Shown piece by piece: positions 1 through 8,155 of a DNA stretch of 39,038 nt. Source of the DNA: a virus (lineage: Duplodnaviria; Caudoviricetes). Each line of letters begins with the position of its first letter. The stretch's first letter is position 1. A program made the position numbers and the translations under genes. The notes under the pieces are model-generated. The model was given only the letters and a program-made list of their open reading frames with translations, was not told the origin of the DNA and made no database searches. Location of the stretch: IMG/VR virus record IMGVR_UViG_3300043039_000071, positions 1 through 39,038 of that record; one strand, written 5' to 3'.

Positions 1-859
1 CAAGCATCATCTGATCTTGCCACTCCCACACGTTCCCAACTAGATCATGCACTCCGTGCGCGGTGTGATCATGGGTCCATGTAGCAGGCCCTTTTCCCGT
101 ATCCGTCCGGCCCGTACCAGCAGAATCACCTGGCGCTCCGCCGTCTGATCTTCGTGCTGTTTCAAGTAGCCTATCGTGCGCACGCCCATGGTTTGTATTG
201 CCGCGCGGAACTGTGTCATTAGCTAATGACCATAATGCAATAGCAGCCCATTCGTGCATTGACATCATATGCCAATTTGTGCCCTTTCCTGTGCATCGAG
301 CCTTGGCTTGATCATAATTAACTGAGGTTAGCGGCTGGACGCCACCGACTACAGAACACGTCGAGCCTCCATCGCTTGCAAGATATTTAGCAATCAATAT
401 TTCACCCCGTGCCGCCCCGTTGGTTAGAAATGCAGTAGGAGTGCCAGTTCCAAGCTGTAAATCTGGCAAGCCTAAATCTTGATAGTTAAAGCGTGGGATG
501 ACAACCATCACATTTGGATTGCCTTGTGCATCGTAAATTACTGTATTTCTTCCACCACTTGCATCCTCTACAGATTTGCGTCTTGGGTCTCTAATTAGTA
601 TTTGAATTCCAGCATTATCACTAATATTTGCATCTGCTGTCCCAATATTTTTACTTGCAGCAGTTCCGATTGTTCCGACTTGCGCGGTGATAGCCTGTTT
701 TGTACTGAGCGGCGTCATTTTCTTAGTGTTATCAGTGCCAGACTCAGCCTCTGGTTGCGTTGATATTGATACTGAATCAATAAGCTCATTTACATTACTA
801 ATCAATAAATCAGTTTTACCAAGTGTATTGTCGCCGCACACCATTTTAGTTAAAGACAT
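1..859 (-). CDS. Mtd-like / FGE-type C-type-lectin-fold virion protein (head or tail fibre), truncated at window edge
   Basis: Not in ORF track. Manual translation from ATG at 859 is open to base 1: MSLTKMVCGD...STQPEAESGTDNTKKMTPLSTKQAI (fibre-type repeat)...WHMMSMHEWAAIALW...PRGNTNHGR...GRTDTGKGPATWTHDHTAHGVHDLVGNVWEW. DLxGNVWEW is the FGE/CLec signature. Confidence 0.8.
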   Translation of the reverse strand, partial: MSLTKMVCGDNTLGKTDLLISNVNELIDSVSISTQPEAESGTDNTKKMTPLSTKQAITAQVGTIGTAASKNIGTADANISDNAGIQILIRDPRRKSVEDASGGRNTVIYDAQGNPNVMVVIPRFNYQDLGLPDLQLGTGTPTAFLTNGAARGEILIAKYLASDGGSTCSVVGGVQPLTSVNYDQAKARCTGKGTNWHMMSMHEWAAIALWSLANDTVPRGNTNHGRAHDRLLETARRSDGGAPGDSAGTGRTDTGKGPATWTHDHTAHGVHDLVGNVWEWQDQMML

Positions 860-1005
860 TTTATTACCCCGTTAGATGGAATTATTGAGCCGCATGTGAT
901 GACGCCTGTTGTTTTGTTGTACCAGCTTGCGCCGTCCTGATCATTAGGCCACCCATTAGCAATGCTCAGCCCAAGCCCAAGAAATAAACGCTTAGGGTAT
1001 GCCAT
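850..1005 (-). CDS. small hypothetical protein (51 aa)
   Basis: Manual translation MAYPKRLFLGLGLSIANGWP...IKCL*. The ATG overlaps the stop of the upstream gene (TAATG) and the ORF fills the gap in the operon. Confidence 0.55.
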   Translation of the reverse strand: MAYPKRLFLGLGLSIANGWPNDQDGASWYNKTTGVITCGSIIPSNGVIKCL

Positions 1006-1364
1006 TAACTAACTCTCCAGAAATGAGCCTCGAATGTTGTTGCTGTTCCAGTGATTCCTGCCAAAGTTAATTTACCTTGGATAGCCTGTGCAACAAAAAC
1101 TGGCATGTTGTAAGTAGCCACGCCATCACTTTCTTTTTTACACTTCACTGCATCGATAACGGCGTCTCCTGATGATGGAGCGTGCCATTGACCTTTTATC
1201 GGTGACATTGCAGGTGTAATCGTGCCAGCAGTAGGAGTTACCGCATTGCCGCCAGCATCATAAAACGCAATGACAAAAACGCCAGACTGGAAATCTGCTG
1301 AAAGTGTTTCAGTGTAATGTGTACCGTTAGCAACTGATCCAACTATTTTATAACGTTGTGCCAT
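1005..1364 (-). CDS. hypothetical virion/head-associated protein
   Basis: 119-aa ORF rich in small and beta-forming residues, downstream of the capsid gene, with its own extended -10 promoter. Confidence 0.6.
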   Translation of the reverse strand: MAQRYKIVGSVANGTHYTETLSADFQSGVFVIAFYDAGGNAVTPTAGTITPAMSPIKGQWHAPSSGDAVIDAVKCKKESDGVATYNMPVFVAQAIQGKLTLAGITGTATTFEAHFWRVS

Positions 1365-1400
1365 TGTGTTTATTCCTAATTCGTGAACGTTGTTTAAACA

Positions 1401-1409
1401 ATTATACCA
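1401..1409 (-). promoter_or_regulatory. extended -10 promoter element (TGGTATAAT)
   Basis: TGnTATAAT on the minus strand, just downstream of a terminator and upstream of ORF 1005-1364. Confidence 0.55.
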
Positions 1410-1430
1410 TTACCACAATAAATTGCAGGC

Positions 1431-1456
1431 AAAAAAAGCCCCGCATGTGCAGGGCT
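1431..1456 (-). terminator. rho-independent terminator after the capsid operon
   Basis: Minus strand AGCCCTGC-ACAT-GCGGGGCT followed by a T-run. Confidence 0.8.
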
Positions 1457-1463
1457 AATTTAG

Positions 1464-1619
1464 TTACTTAGCTTTTTTATGCTTTTCTTCTTCTTGCTTA
1501 GGCTCTACCCATTCAGCATCAAATAACAATGCTGCTGGTAATTTACCTTGATCGTGCTTTAGCTCATCACCAACACTCAATTTAAGCGATGGAACTGCCC
1601 TAGTTACTAGGTAAGGCAT
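1464..1619 (-). CDS. small hypothetical protein (51 aa) after major capsid
   Basis: Manual translation MPYLVTRAVPSLKLSVGDEL...KHKKAK*. The start overlaps the capsid stop (TAATG) and the stop lies just before the terminator. Confidence 0.6.
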   Translation of the reverse strand: MPYLVTRAVPSLKLSVGDELKHDQGKLPAALLFDAEWVEPKQEEEKHKKAK

Positions 1620-2692
1620 TAGCTAATCACGCTTGCATAGAAAACGCCGTACTTGTTGTTCATCGTCTTTTTAATCTCAATACCCTGAGCAGTAACTAGT
1701 TGAGTGGTATAGCCCATGACTGGAGATTGACGTGGTAACAAGAACGAACCTGTAGCCATAGCAACGATCGGACGGATAATGCTTGCATCGCGCTTGTATG
1801 CATAGAACTCGTTACCAGTTAGCGCGAAATCTTCAACAAAGCCGCCAATGTGAGGTGCAAAACGCAACACTTCTTCCATTAACGTACCGACTTTAAAGCC
1901 CTGCGCGTTAGATAGTGGAGTGTTAAGATTCACCATAATTTCAGGTGACACTCCGACCAAATCAATCTTGGTAATAGTGTTCGCGTTACAAACTAACTTC
2001 ATACTTTTGTTGAAGAAAGCAACAACTTCATCGCGTGTAGCTGATGTTAAGTTGATGTTGTAACCAGCCGCGCCCAAGTTTAACTTTTGGGTGTTGCGGT
2101 GATTCTTGATGCCTTCGCCAGATTGACCGTCTGCCTTGATAGTGATATCACCATTAAGCATATACGAGCCGACTTTTTCAGTAAGCTTGCGGGTTTTCAG
2201 CGTAACTGAATCACCGTATAAATCAATGCTTTCAGAATCTAAACCTGCACGATGACGATAGCCCATAGTAACGCCAGCCATAAACGCTGGAATTGGGTTG
2301 CGGTCAGAATCAGCACTGATGTGATCGTGCTTGATTGCAGCGTTGAAGTCCATGCTCACTGAAACGTCATCACTAATGTCGCTAGACTTTAATGAAACTG
2401 CAGATAGCTTACCAACGCTAACCGTTTTGGCTAAACCAGCTAAATCATCCATGAACAAGAACTTGTCGTCTAAACGAACACCTTCAACAGCGCGGTCGGT
2501 TTCACGGAAGAAATCGAGGATCGGAATGCCAGCGTTTACGTGAACTTGTGCATCACGCGGCAAGTCTAATAAATGGCGTTCGTTACGAGATGCGAATTGG
2601 CGTGCGTTTTTAATGAAATCAATATGCGATTGCATACGGGTATCAGTTTTCGCTAGCTCGCGGAACTCATTGTTAATTACAATAGTCTTCAT
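1619..2692 (-). CDS. major capsid protein
   Basis: 357 aa, positioned after the protease/scaffold and decoration genes and before a strong terminator. Size fits an HK97-fold capsid. Confidence 0.8.
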   Translation of the reverse strand: MKTIVINNEFRELAKTDTRMQSHIDFIKNARQFASRNERHLLDLPRDAQVHVNAGIPILDFFRETDRAVEGVRLDDKFLFMDDLAGLAKTVSVGKLSAVSLKSSDISDDVSVSMDFNAAIKHDHISADSDRNPIPAFMAGVTMGYRHRAGLDSESIDLYGDSVTLKTRKLTEKVGSYMLNGDITIKADGQSGEGIKNHRNTQKLNLGAAGYNINLTSATRDEVVAFFNKSMKLVCNANTITKIDLVGVSPEIMVNLNTPLSNAQGFKVGTLMEEVLRFAPHIGGFVEDFALTGNEFYAYKRDASIIRPIVAMATGSFLLPRQSPVMGYTTQLVTAQGIEIKKTMNNKYGVFYASVIS

Positions 2693-2704
2693 TTTCTATA
2701 GCTC

Positions 2705-3112
2705 CTAAGCCATTGTTACAGCGATTTGAGCAGTAACGCCCGCGCCAGTTGTTACGCTATCTTGTGCATAGCCCACTAAGCCACCAGTCACAACTTTAGT
2801 CACTTGACCAGATGCACCGATATAAAGCTTGTCATTTTTAAGCACTGTTTGTGAAGCAGCAAGGATCAACGTGCGTAAGTCGCCATCATTAATCTGATAT
2901 GCACTACCACCAGCAGCTGCTGCAACTAATTCGCAACCATCTGTTGAGTATTGATTATCGCCGAACACGAATAAACGAGCGGCATTATCTGCTGCTGCTG
3001 CGAATGCTGCTGCACTAGAAACTGTACCTAAAGTGCCTGGCGTAACTGCTGCGGCATTTGTCACAACCTGAGAGATAGCGCGTCCATCTAATAAAACTGT
3101 TTTATAAGCCAT
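2705..3112 (-). CDS. capsid decoration/stabilising protein
   Basis: 135 aa, Ala/Gly/Val-rich, located between scaffold and capsid genes. Confidence 0.65.
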   Translation of the reverse strand: MAYKTVLLDGRAISQVVTNAAAVTPGTLGTVSSAAAFAAAADNAARLFVFGDNQYSTDGCELVAAAAGGSAYQINDGDLRTLILAASQTVLKNDKLYIGASGQVTKVVTGGLVGYAQDSVTTGAGVTAQIAVTMA

Positions 3113-3114
3113 GA

Positions 3115-4425
3115 TTAAAATACCTCATCTTCGGTTTTTGATTCGCCAACACCAGCAAATGCATTGCCCGTAATCGTGCCAACGTTTTTGGCGTATAGAT
3201 TGTCTAACGTTGCGCTATTCATTGCAAGTAATGACGCTTCGTCAAAACCTAATGCGGCAATTTTAGAGTTACCAGCAAGGGCTTTGGCTTTTTTGGCTTT
3301 AGCTTCTTCTTCTGCGGTCATTTCTTTTTTCTTCATGTCAGACATTTCTTTTTTCATGTCAGCCATGTTAGCGGCTAAGTCTTTAGCCCATGCAGGAACT
3401 TCATCAGTGTTAGCCGCTGGAGCTGCTGCATTTGTCTCATTGTACTTTACAAGCAGATCGGCGTCAGTGATTTCAGCGTTAACCGAAATACCCTTAGCCT
3501 CCAATCCTGCCAACATTAATTTGCGCATTGAGTTATCCTCGTTAGTGTTTAATTCTGTCCATTCAACATCTTTGGTTACTGGCTTAGGTTCGTTAACGAA
3601 GGTAACTTCACCACCATCAACGACATATGCCTGTTTAAGCATTGTACCACCTTTTTCGTAAATAAAAAATGTATCGTAAGTTTCTGATGGATACAGGTAT
3701 TCATTTGCCGATGTGGTGCGTTCTGCTTTTAGTTTTGATTCAATTAGCCGCTCAATATCTCGATAGCTTGAGCTGTTAAATGATTTTACAAATTCCTTAA
3801 CACGACTGAACAAGCCTTGTTCCTCGTTAGCTTCAATAAACGCATCCAAGTTCACAACGATTTCAGTTGCATCAGCGTTGAAGTTGATAAACGTATCTTT
3901 ACCACCTGCAGGCGCTTCGGATTCGTGCAATAGGGCGAGGTGATCGTATTTTTGATTGGTAGCAATAGCAAAATATTTCGCACCAGAGTTATTAACACCC
4001 TCGGTCATTTCACGGCCACTGAATAATCCAGTAGACACTCCAATAGGCTTTTTGCTTGCCAATTGATTGTAATACCACTCACCGTTATTCTGCGCCTTCA
4101 GAACTGACTTCTTAATTTTTGCATCGACATAGTGAACGCCATTAACATGGTAATTCTTTTCAACACTGCCACCAGAGAAATGATTAACCAGTGCTTCACC
4201 TTCTGACGCGCTAATAAACTCACCTGCATCGTTCTTAGGATGGCCTAAAGTCATTACGCGACCGTTGATACTCGGCATACCCTTTGCATTGTCCTCAGCT
4301 CGATACAGTAAGCCGTTCATAACAGCTCCGTCCACAGTCACAGGGATTTTCTTTAAGTGAAAGAACTCCTTTGATTCTGAAATCTGGCTTTTGCCAACGT
4401 TTGTGATTAATCGAATTTTTTGCAT
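3115..4425 (-). CDS. prohead protease/scaffold (DUF2213-like)
   Basis: N-terminal GHP, GVSTG and DHLALL motifs typical of this protease family, plus a charged coiled-coil C-terminal scaffold region. Confidence 0.75.
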   Translation of the reverse strand: MQKIRLITNVGKSQISESKEFFHLKKIPVTVDGAVMNGLLYRAEDNAKGMPSINGRVMTLGHPKNDAGEFISASEGEALVNHFSGGSVEKNYHVNGVHYVDAKIKKSVLKAQNNGEWYYNQLASKKPIGVSTGLFSGREMTEGVNNSGAKYFAIATNQKYDHLALLHESEAPAGGKDTFINFNADATEIVVNLDAFIEANEEQGLFSRVKEFVKSFNSSSYRDIERLIESKLKAERTTSANEYLYPSETYDTFFIYEKGGTMLKQAYVVDGGEVTFVNEPKPVTKDVEWTELNTNEDNSMRKLMLAGLEAKGISVNAEITDADLLVKYNETNAAAPAANTDEVPAWAKDLAANMADMKKEMSDMKKKEMTAEEEAKAKKAKALAGNSKIAALGFDEASLLAMNSATLDNLYAKNVGTITGNAFAGVGESKTEDEVF

Positions 4426-4450
4426 TGCGCCCTCCAGCGTTGATTTACTG

Positions 4451-4480
4451 ATTATACCGCCAAACGCTGATTTAGTACAA
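4451..4480 (-). promoter_or_regulatory. sigma70-like promoter of the head operon
   Basis: TTGTAC-N18-TATAAT on the minus strand, upstream of the GGAGG RBS of 3115-4425. Confidence 0.55.
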
Positions 4481-4499
4481 AATTTAGTTTAGGGGTGAT

Positions 4500-4850
4500 A
4501 CTGGATTCAATTGGGAAAAAGTTGCCCTAAGCTCAAAGCTAGTGGTGGTAAGGGTTTCAGGCGATTTCTAAAATGTTGTGGATTCTCGTTGGATATGTTA
4601 ATTTTTTGGTAACTTATTATAAGTAATAAAGAATTTAGTATATATATGTATTAATGGGGTAATTATTACTATTATTCTATATTTATTAATTCTTATTAAA
4701 TTCTAATTTTATTTTTGTATATATGGTTATAGTCTACTAGACGTCAAAAACGCCCTAAACAGAGCTAAAACACCATTAAAACATATTATAATCAACGACT
4801 TATTTTCGGGTAAATTTTTCCCAATTATTCCCTAAGAAATCCAAAGTTGC
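4500..4850. other. AT-rich origin-like region 1 with flanking inverted repeat and IHF-consensus site
   Basis: Inverted repeat 4509-4530 / 4805-4826 (19/22) around a very AT-rich core. AATCAAcgacTTA at 4790-4802 matches WATCAANNNNTTR. Confidence 0.5.
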
Positions 4851-5005
4851 GATAATTGCATGTAAGCTTATGATATGTATCGTTAATCCATTGGGGTGAT
4901 TTTTTCCCTGTGATTTTTGCGAGTGTTTGAATTTGATGTTATTGGTATGATTCTTTGTTTGAATTGTAGTAATTTGACTCATAAGCTATTTGATTAGTAA
5001 ATAAC

Positions 5006-5034
5006 TTTACACGATGCGCAAATAGTGATATTGT
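5006..5034 (+). promoter_or_regulatory. sigma70-like early promoter
   Basis: TTTACA-N17-TATTGT with a TG extended -10, upstream of AGGAG RBS. Confidence 0.6.
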
Positions 5035-5064
5035 TTGCATACTTAATAACTAGGAGTGATTGTA

Positions 5065-5451
5065 ATGAGTGAAGAATTAAAGCCGTGTCCGTTTTGTGGA
5101 TCTAAAAATGTAATGATTGATGATCTATTTGATAACGGAACTAATACAGTTTTTTGCGGAGAATGCCAAAGCAAGTCGTCAAACTTCTGCCACTTTGATT
5201 CAGCAATTGAGCAATGGAACACTCGCGCACCACAAAATGAGTGGATTAGTGTTGATGATGAAGATCCTAATCCTTCATCATATCATCACGTATTAGATGC
5301 AAGCGGATCTGTCCGAATCTGCTTAGTTATCGACTATAAATCCTTTGGACTTAAAGATAACTGCTGGCAAGATTTGGATCTAAATGATGTAGATATGAAA
5401 GGCACAATGTTTATAGAAATAGTAACACCAACACCACCAAAGGAAATCTAA
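5065..5451 (+). CDS. Lar-family restriction alleviation-like protein with C-terminal DUF551-like segment
   Basis: ELKPCPFCG...VFCGEC...AIEQWNTRA followed by EWISV. ATG 5065 chosen from the AGGAG spacing. Confidence 0.7.
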   Translation: MSEELKPCPFCGSKNVMIDDLFDNGTNTVFCGECQSKSSNFCHFDSAIEQWNTRAPQNEWISVDDEDPNPSSYHHVLDASGSVRICLVIDYKSFGLKDNCWQDLDLNDVDMKGTMFIEIVTPTPPKEI

Positions 5452-5453
5452 TC

Positions 5454-5741
5454 ATGCTAAATAACCTACACGCTGGACAATTCTTAAAGGTAGCCTACAT
5501 GATGCCGCTAAAGCTATCTGCAAAGAGTTTGGCGTCTAAACTAGGCGTTAACCCTGCAACAGTCAATCGTCTTGTGGCTGGCCATTCAGGGCTTAGCATT
5601 GAAATGGCAGCTCGACTATCAAAAGCATTTGGCAATTCAATTGAAAACTGGATGTTGATTCAAGCTAAATGGGAAATCGACAATCTAGAAGTCGATTTAA
5701 GTAACGTTGAAATTATCAGTAAAGGAGAAACACATGATTAA
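5454..5741 (+). CDS. higA: HigA-family antitoxin-like XRE HTH protein (orphan)
   Basis: HAGQFL...LASKLGV...SIEMAARLSKAFGNSIENWMLIQAKWEI follows the HigA/VapI pattern (HPGE.L...EMALRL..AFG.S.E.W...Q..YDL). No adjacent toxin ORF. Confidence 0.75.
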   Translation: MLNNLHAGQFLKVAYMMPLKLSAKSLASKLGVNPATVNRLVAGHSGLSIEMAARLSKAFGNSIENWMLIQAKWEIDNLEVDLSNVEIISKGETHD

Positions 5742-6213
5742 TATTAATTGGGATGAAGCGCCAGAGTGGGCTAACACTGCACTAACTACTAGTGATAACT
5801 GGCAGGGTAAAGATACAGACGCTGGAAATGTTGAGTTTGCAATCCGCGAAGGTAATGATTATTGGTCTGATGAATCTAAAGAAATGACTTTTACTATCAG
5901 CGATGAATGGTGGCGCGTTGTTGAGTATCGACCACAAAATATTCAGCTAACAAGCATTAAAGATATTTTTAGCCAAATCCAAAACGCAACCAATAACAAG
6001 TACGAACGAGAATTAACGGATCGATATTCGAATACATGTCACGTTGATGTGTACGATGTTTTATTAGCGTTTGAAGTAACTTGTCCAGCCATACAGCACG
6101 CAATAAAGAAATTGCTATGCACTGGTATTCGAGGCCATAAAGATTCAGCACAGGACTTGTTAGAGGCTAAAGAATCAATCACGCGAGCTATTGAATTAGC
6201 CACAAAAAGCTAA
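5734..6213 (+). CDS. modular phage protein, C-terminal DUF3310/SaV-like domain
   Basis: N-terminal INWDEAPEWA module. C-terminal DVYDVL...HAIKKLL..G.RGHKD..QDL.EA is a common phage motif. Start at ATG 5734 after AAGGAG. Confidence 0.5.
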   Translation: MININWDEAPEWANTALTTSDNWQGKDTDAGNVEFAIREGNDYWSDESKEMTFTISDEWWRVVEYRPQNIQLTSIKDIFSQIQNATNNKYERELTDRYSNTCHVDVYDVLLAFEVTCPAIQHAIKKLLCTGIRGHKDSAQDLLEAKESITRAIELATKS

Positions 6214-6318
6214 ATAACCGATATTAGCCGAAACTGGCTAAGGTGTATCGACTTACACTTTAGCCGCATTTTTAACGATATAAATTAATAAAGTAACTGA
6301 TGTTACATTGGGGATAGA

Positions 6319-7311
6319 ATGATTAACCTAATGAAAGGCGATTGCCTTGAGCGTATGAAAGAGATTGAAAGCGGTAGCGTTGACCTTATTGTTTGCGACC
6401 TGCCTTATGGAACTGTTAAAGGTATTGCCGATAGCTCATCCATTAAGCATGGAATGAAAGGTAAAACAGATTGGGACAGCGTTATCGATACCGATTTAAT
6501 CATGCAAGAATCAAACAGGATTTTACGCAAAAATGGCAAGATGGTTTTATTTGCTCAACATCCTTTTACTTATGAGCTAATTAGTAAGGCAATTCCTAAT
6601 CTACCTTTTTGTTACTCTATGATTTGGGAAAAGGATCACTTTGCTAATGCGTTGACAGCAAAGAAAGCGCCGCTTAATTACTTTGAGGATATTTTGGTTT
6701 TTAGTAAAAGCAGCGAGGCAATCCCTCCGCATGATTATGACAATAAACACCCGCTTAGGGTTTATTTTAAAGCAGTTATGGATTTTATAGGGCTAAACCT
6801 AAAGGAAATCAACTCAAAGCTTGGGCATAGGCGAGCCGAGCATACTTTTTACGTTGACAGCACTCAATATGGCCTTTGCACTGAAAAGACATACAATGAA
6901 TTAATAGAGGTATTCCACATTGATTCAATGGAAGGTTTCAGGGTGTTTGGCAGTTTAAAATCAGAAAACGCCATATTTAAGGGGGGAGTTGAATCTGATA
7001 GGTTAAAATATTTAGAAAAGCATAATGAGCAATATCCAAGCACCTTCAATTTATGGCAAGGAAAGAAATACAAGTCAAACATTCTAAAATACAAAAAAGA
7101 CTATGACGGATTTCACCCAACACAAAAGCCTGTATTGCTGCTTGAGGATTTAATCAAGACTTACAGCAACGAAGGTAATTTGATTGCCGATATGACTATG
7201 GGCAGTGGATCGACTGGTGTGGCTTGTGTTAATACTGGCCGCAAGTTTATAGGAATTGAAATGGATGATAATTATTTTGAGATTGCCACCAAGCGGATTA
7301 ACGGAGCATAG
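6319..7311 (+). CDS. N6-adenine/N4-cytosine DNA methyltransferase (beta class), orphan
   Basis: Catalytic DLPY motif near the N-terminus, HPTQKP, SAM-binding DMTMGSGSTG near the C-terminus, and a central insertion. No cognate endonuclease nearby. Confidence 0.9.
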   Translation: MINLMKGDCLERMKEIESGSVDLIVCDLPYGTVKGIADSSSIKHGMKGKTDWDSVIDTDLIMQESNRILRKNGKMVLFAQHPFTYELISKAIPNLPFCYSMIWEKDHFANALTAKKAPLNYFEDILVFSKSSEAIPPHDYDNKHPLRVYFKAVMDFIGLNLKEINSKLGHRRAEHTFYVDSTQYGLCTEKTYNELIEVFHIDSMEGFRVFGSLKSENAIFKGGVESDRLKYLEKHNEQYPSTFNLWQGKKYKSNILKYKKDYDGFHPTQKPVLLLEDLIKTYSNEGNLIADMTMGSGSTGVACVNTGRKFIGIEMDDNYFEIATKRINGA

Positions 7312-7338
7312 CAACCTGTAAGCCAAACTTACAACTTC

Positions 7339-7361
7339 AAGCCCATTAACCTGGGCTTTTT
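7339..7361 (+). terminator. rho-independent terminator
   Basis: AAGCCCA-TTAACC-TGGGCTT followed by Ts, after the methyltransferase. Confidence 0.75.
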
Positions 7362-7382
7362 AATACCTAAAATCCAGACAAT

Positions 7383-7402
7383 AAAAAACCCTCACATGAG
7401 GG
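7383..7402 (-). terminator. rho-independent terminator closing the ncRNA unit
   Basis: Minus strand CCCTC-ATGT-GAGGG-TTTTTT. Confidence 0.75.
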
Positions 7403-7723
7403 AACTTGTTACCGAATCGACACGATGGTTAATCGTCATGAAGGCCAAATCAACACCTTTGTCTGCAACATTTCGTAGGAGCCTAGGCAGGAGATTTTTG
7501 CCATTATAGGTGTTCCATTCGCCTCTGCCCATGTTGCGCGGGGATGGAGTAATTTGGTGCCTCAACTCGGTTATGACCGATAGCTCTTTATCAGTGAGCC
7601 GCACCGTATGCGTTGAGGCTTTGTTTGCATCATTCACGTTTCACAACGTTAATTTTGCGTGCTAGTCATAGCCTCTTAGCTGGCAGATATTTGACCACCC
7701 CTTGTCAGAAGTAAACCAAACTA

Positions 7724-7806
7724 TGTGATAGTTGGACTCGAACCAACAAATACAGTGGCACAATGTTATTGCTACCGACCGCGGATTACCATTTTCGTAT
7801 ATCACA
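7724..7806 (-). ncRNA. tRNA-like RNA B with extended anticodon arm
   Basis: Acceptor TGTGATA/TATCACA, TA linker, D arm CGAA-AATGGTAA-TCCG, T arm GTTGG-TTCGAGT-CCAAC. The anticodon arm is about 29 nt instead of 17. No encoded CCA. Confidence 0.7.
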
Positions 7807-7988
7807 TTGTTAAAGGTTACTGCTAAGCACAAGTTGGCGCTCAAGTTAATCAACCAATAACCTTTAAAAATATAATATAATGTATAAATATTACCCCGCC
7901 TAATGCGTGATCTGATGATTCAGGCAGAGGCAATAGTTCGAGGATTTTAGTGTCACGTTAACACCTTTCGTATATCATATTGTTAAAG
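7793..7988. repeat. 23-bp direct repeat (7793-7815 and 7966-7988)
   Basis: tttcgtatatcacattgttaaag vs tttcgtatatcatattgttaaag (22/23). Each copy pairs with a repeated ctttaaaaatat (7862-7873, 8088-8099). Confidence 0.85.
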
Positions 7989-8155
7989 TGCCTAACTAGA
8001 CTGTAGTTTACCCGCAACTCAATAGGTGGGTGTGACGCAGACAAATCTACGCAGCGGCCCTCTAAAACACACCACAACCTCTAAACACTTTAAAAATATG
8101 CACTCGTAACGTGAGTGAGTCGGTTTTCGTAGTGTTGTCTCACTTTTTTTACTTA

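Noticed and set aside
687-3661. Plus-strand ORFs 687-875, 2331-2543 and 3164-3661
   Set aside because: Antisense shadows of clear minus-strand structural genes.
4800-4982. 60-aa ORF in the AT-rich region (also 22827-23024 and 23664-23876)
   Set aside because: No RBS or motifs, overlaps repeat/IHF elements or real genes on the other strand.
4982-4995. Additional IHF site TAAGCTATTTGATT
   Set aside because: Spacing is 5 nt rather than the 4 nt of WATCAANNNNTTR.
7392-7853. ORF-track proteins 7392-7637 and 7662-7853
   Set aside because: GTG/TTG starts without a clear RBS and no protein motifs. They run through a tRNA-like element, strong hairpins and the terminator, so they are better explained as ncRNA.
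7908-7945. Hammerhead ribozyme (CTGATGA on plus strand)
   Set aside because: No correctly placed GAAA core or stems. The local hairpin fits the minus strand better.
7793-8100. CRISPR-like mini-array
   Set aside because: Only two repeat copies, spacing far longer than CRISPR spacers, and no cas genes.
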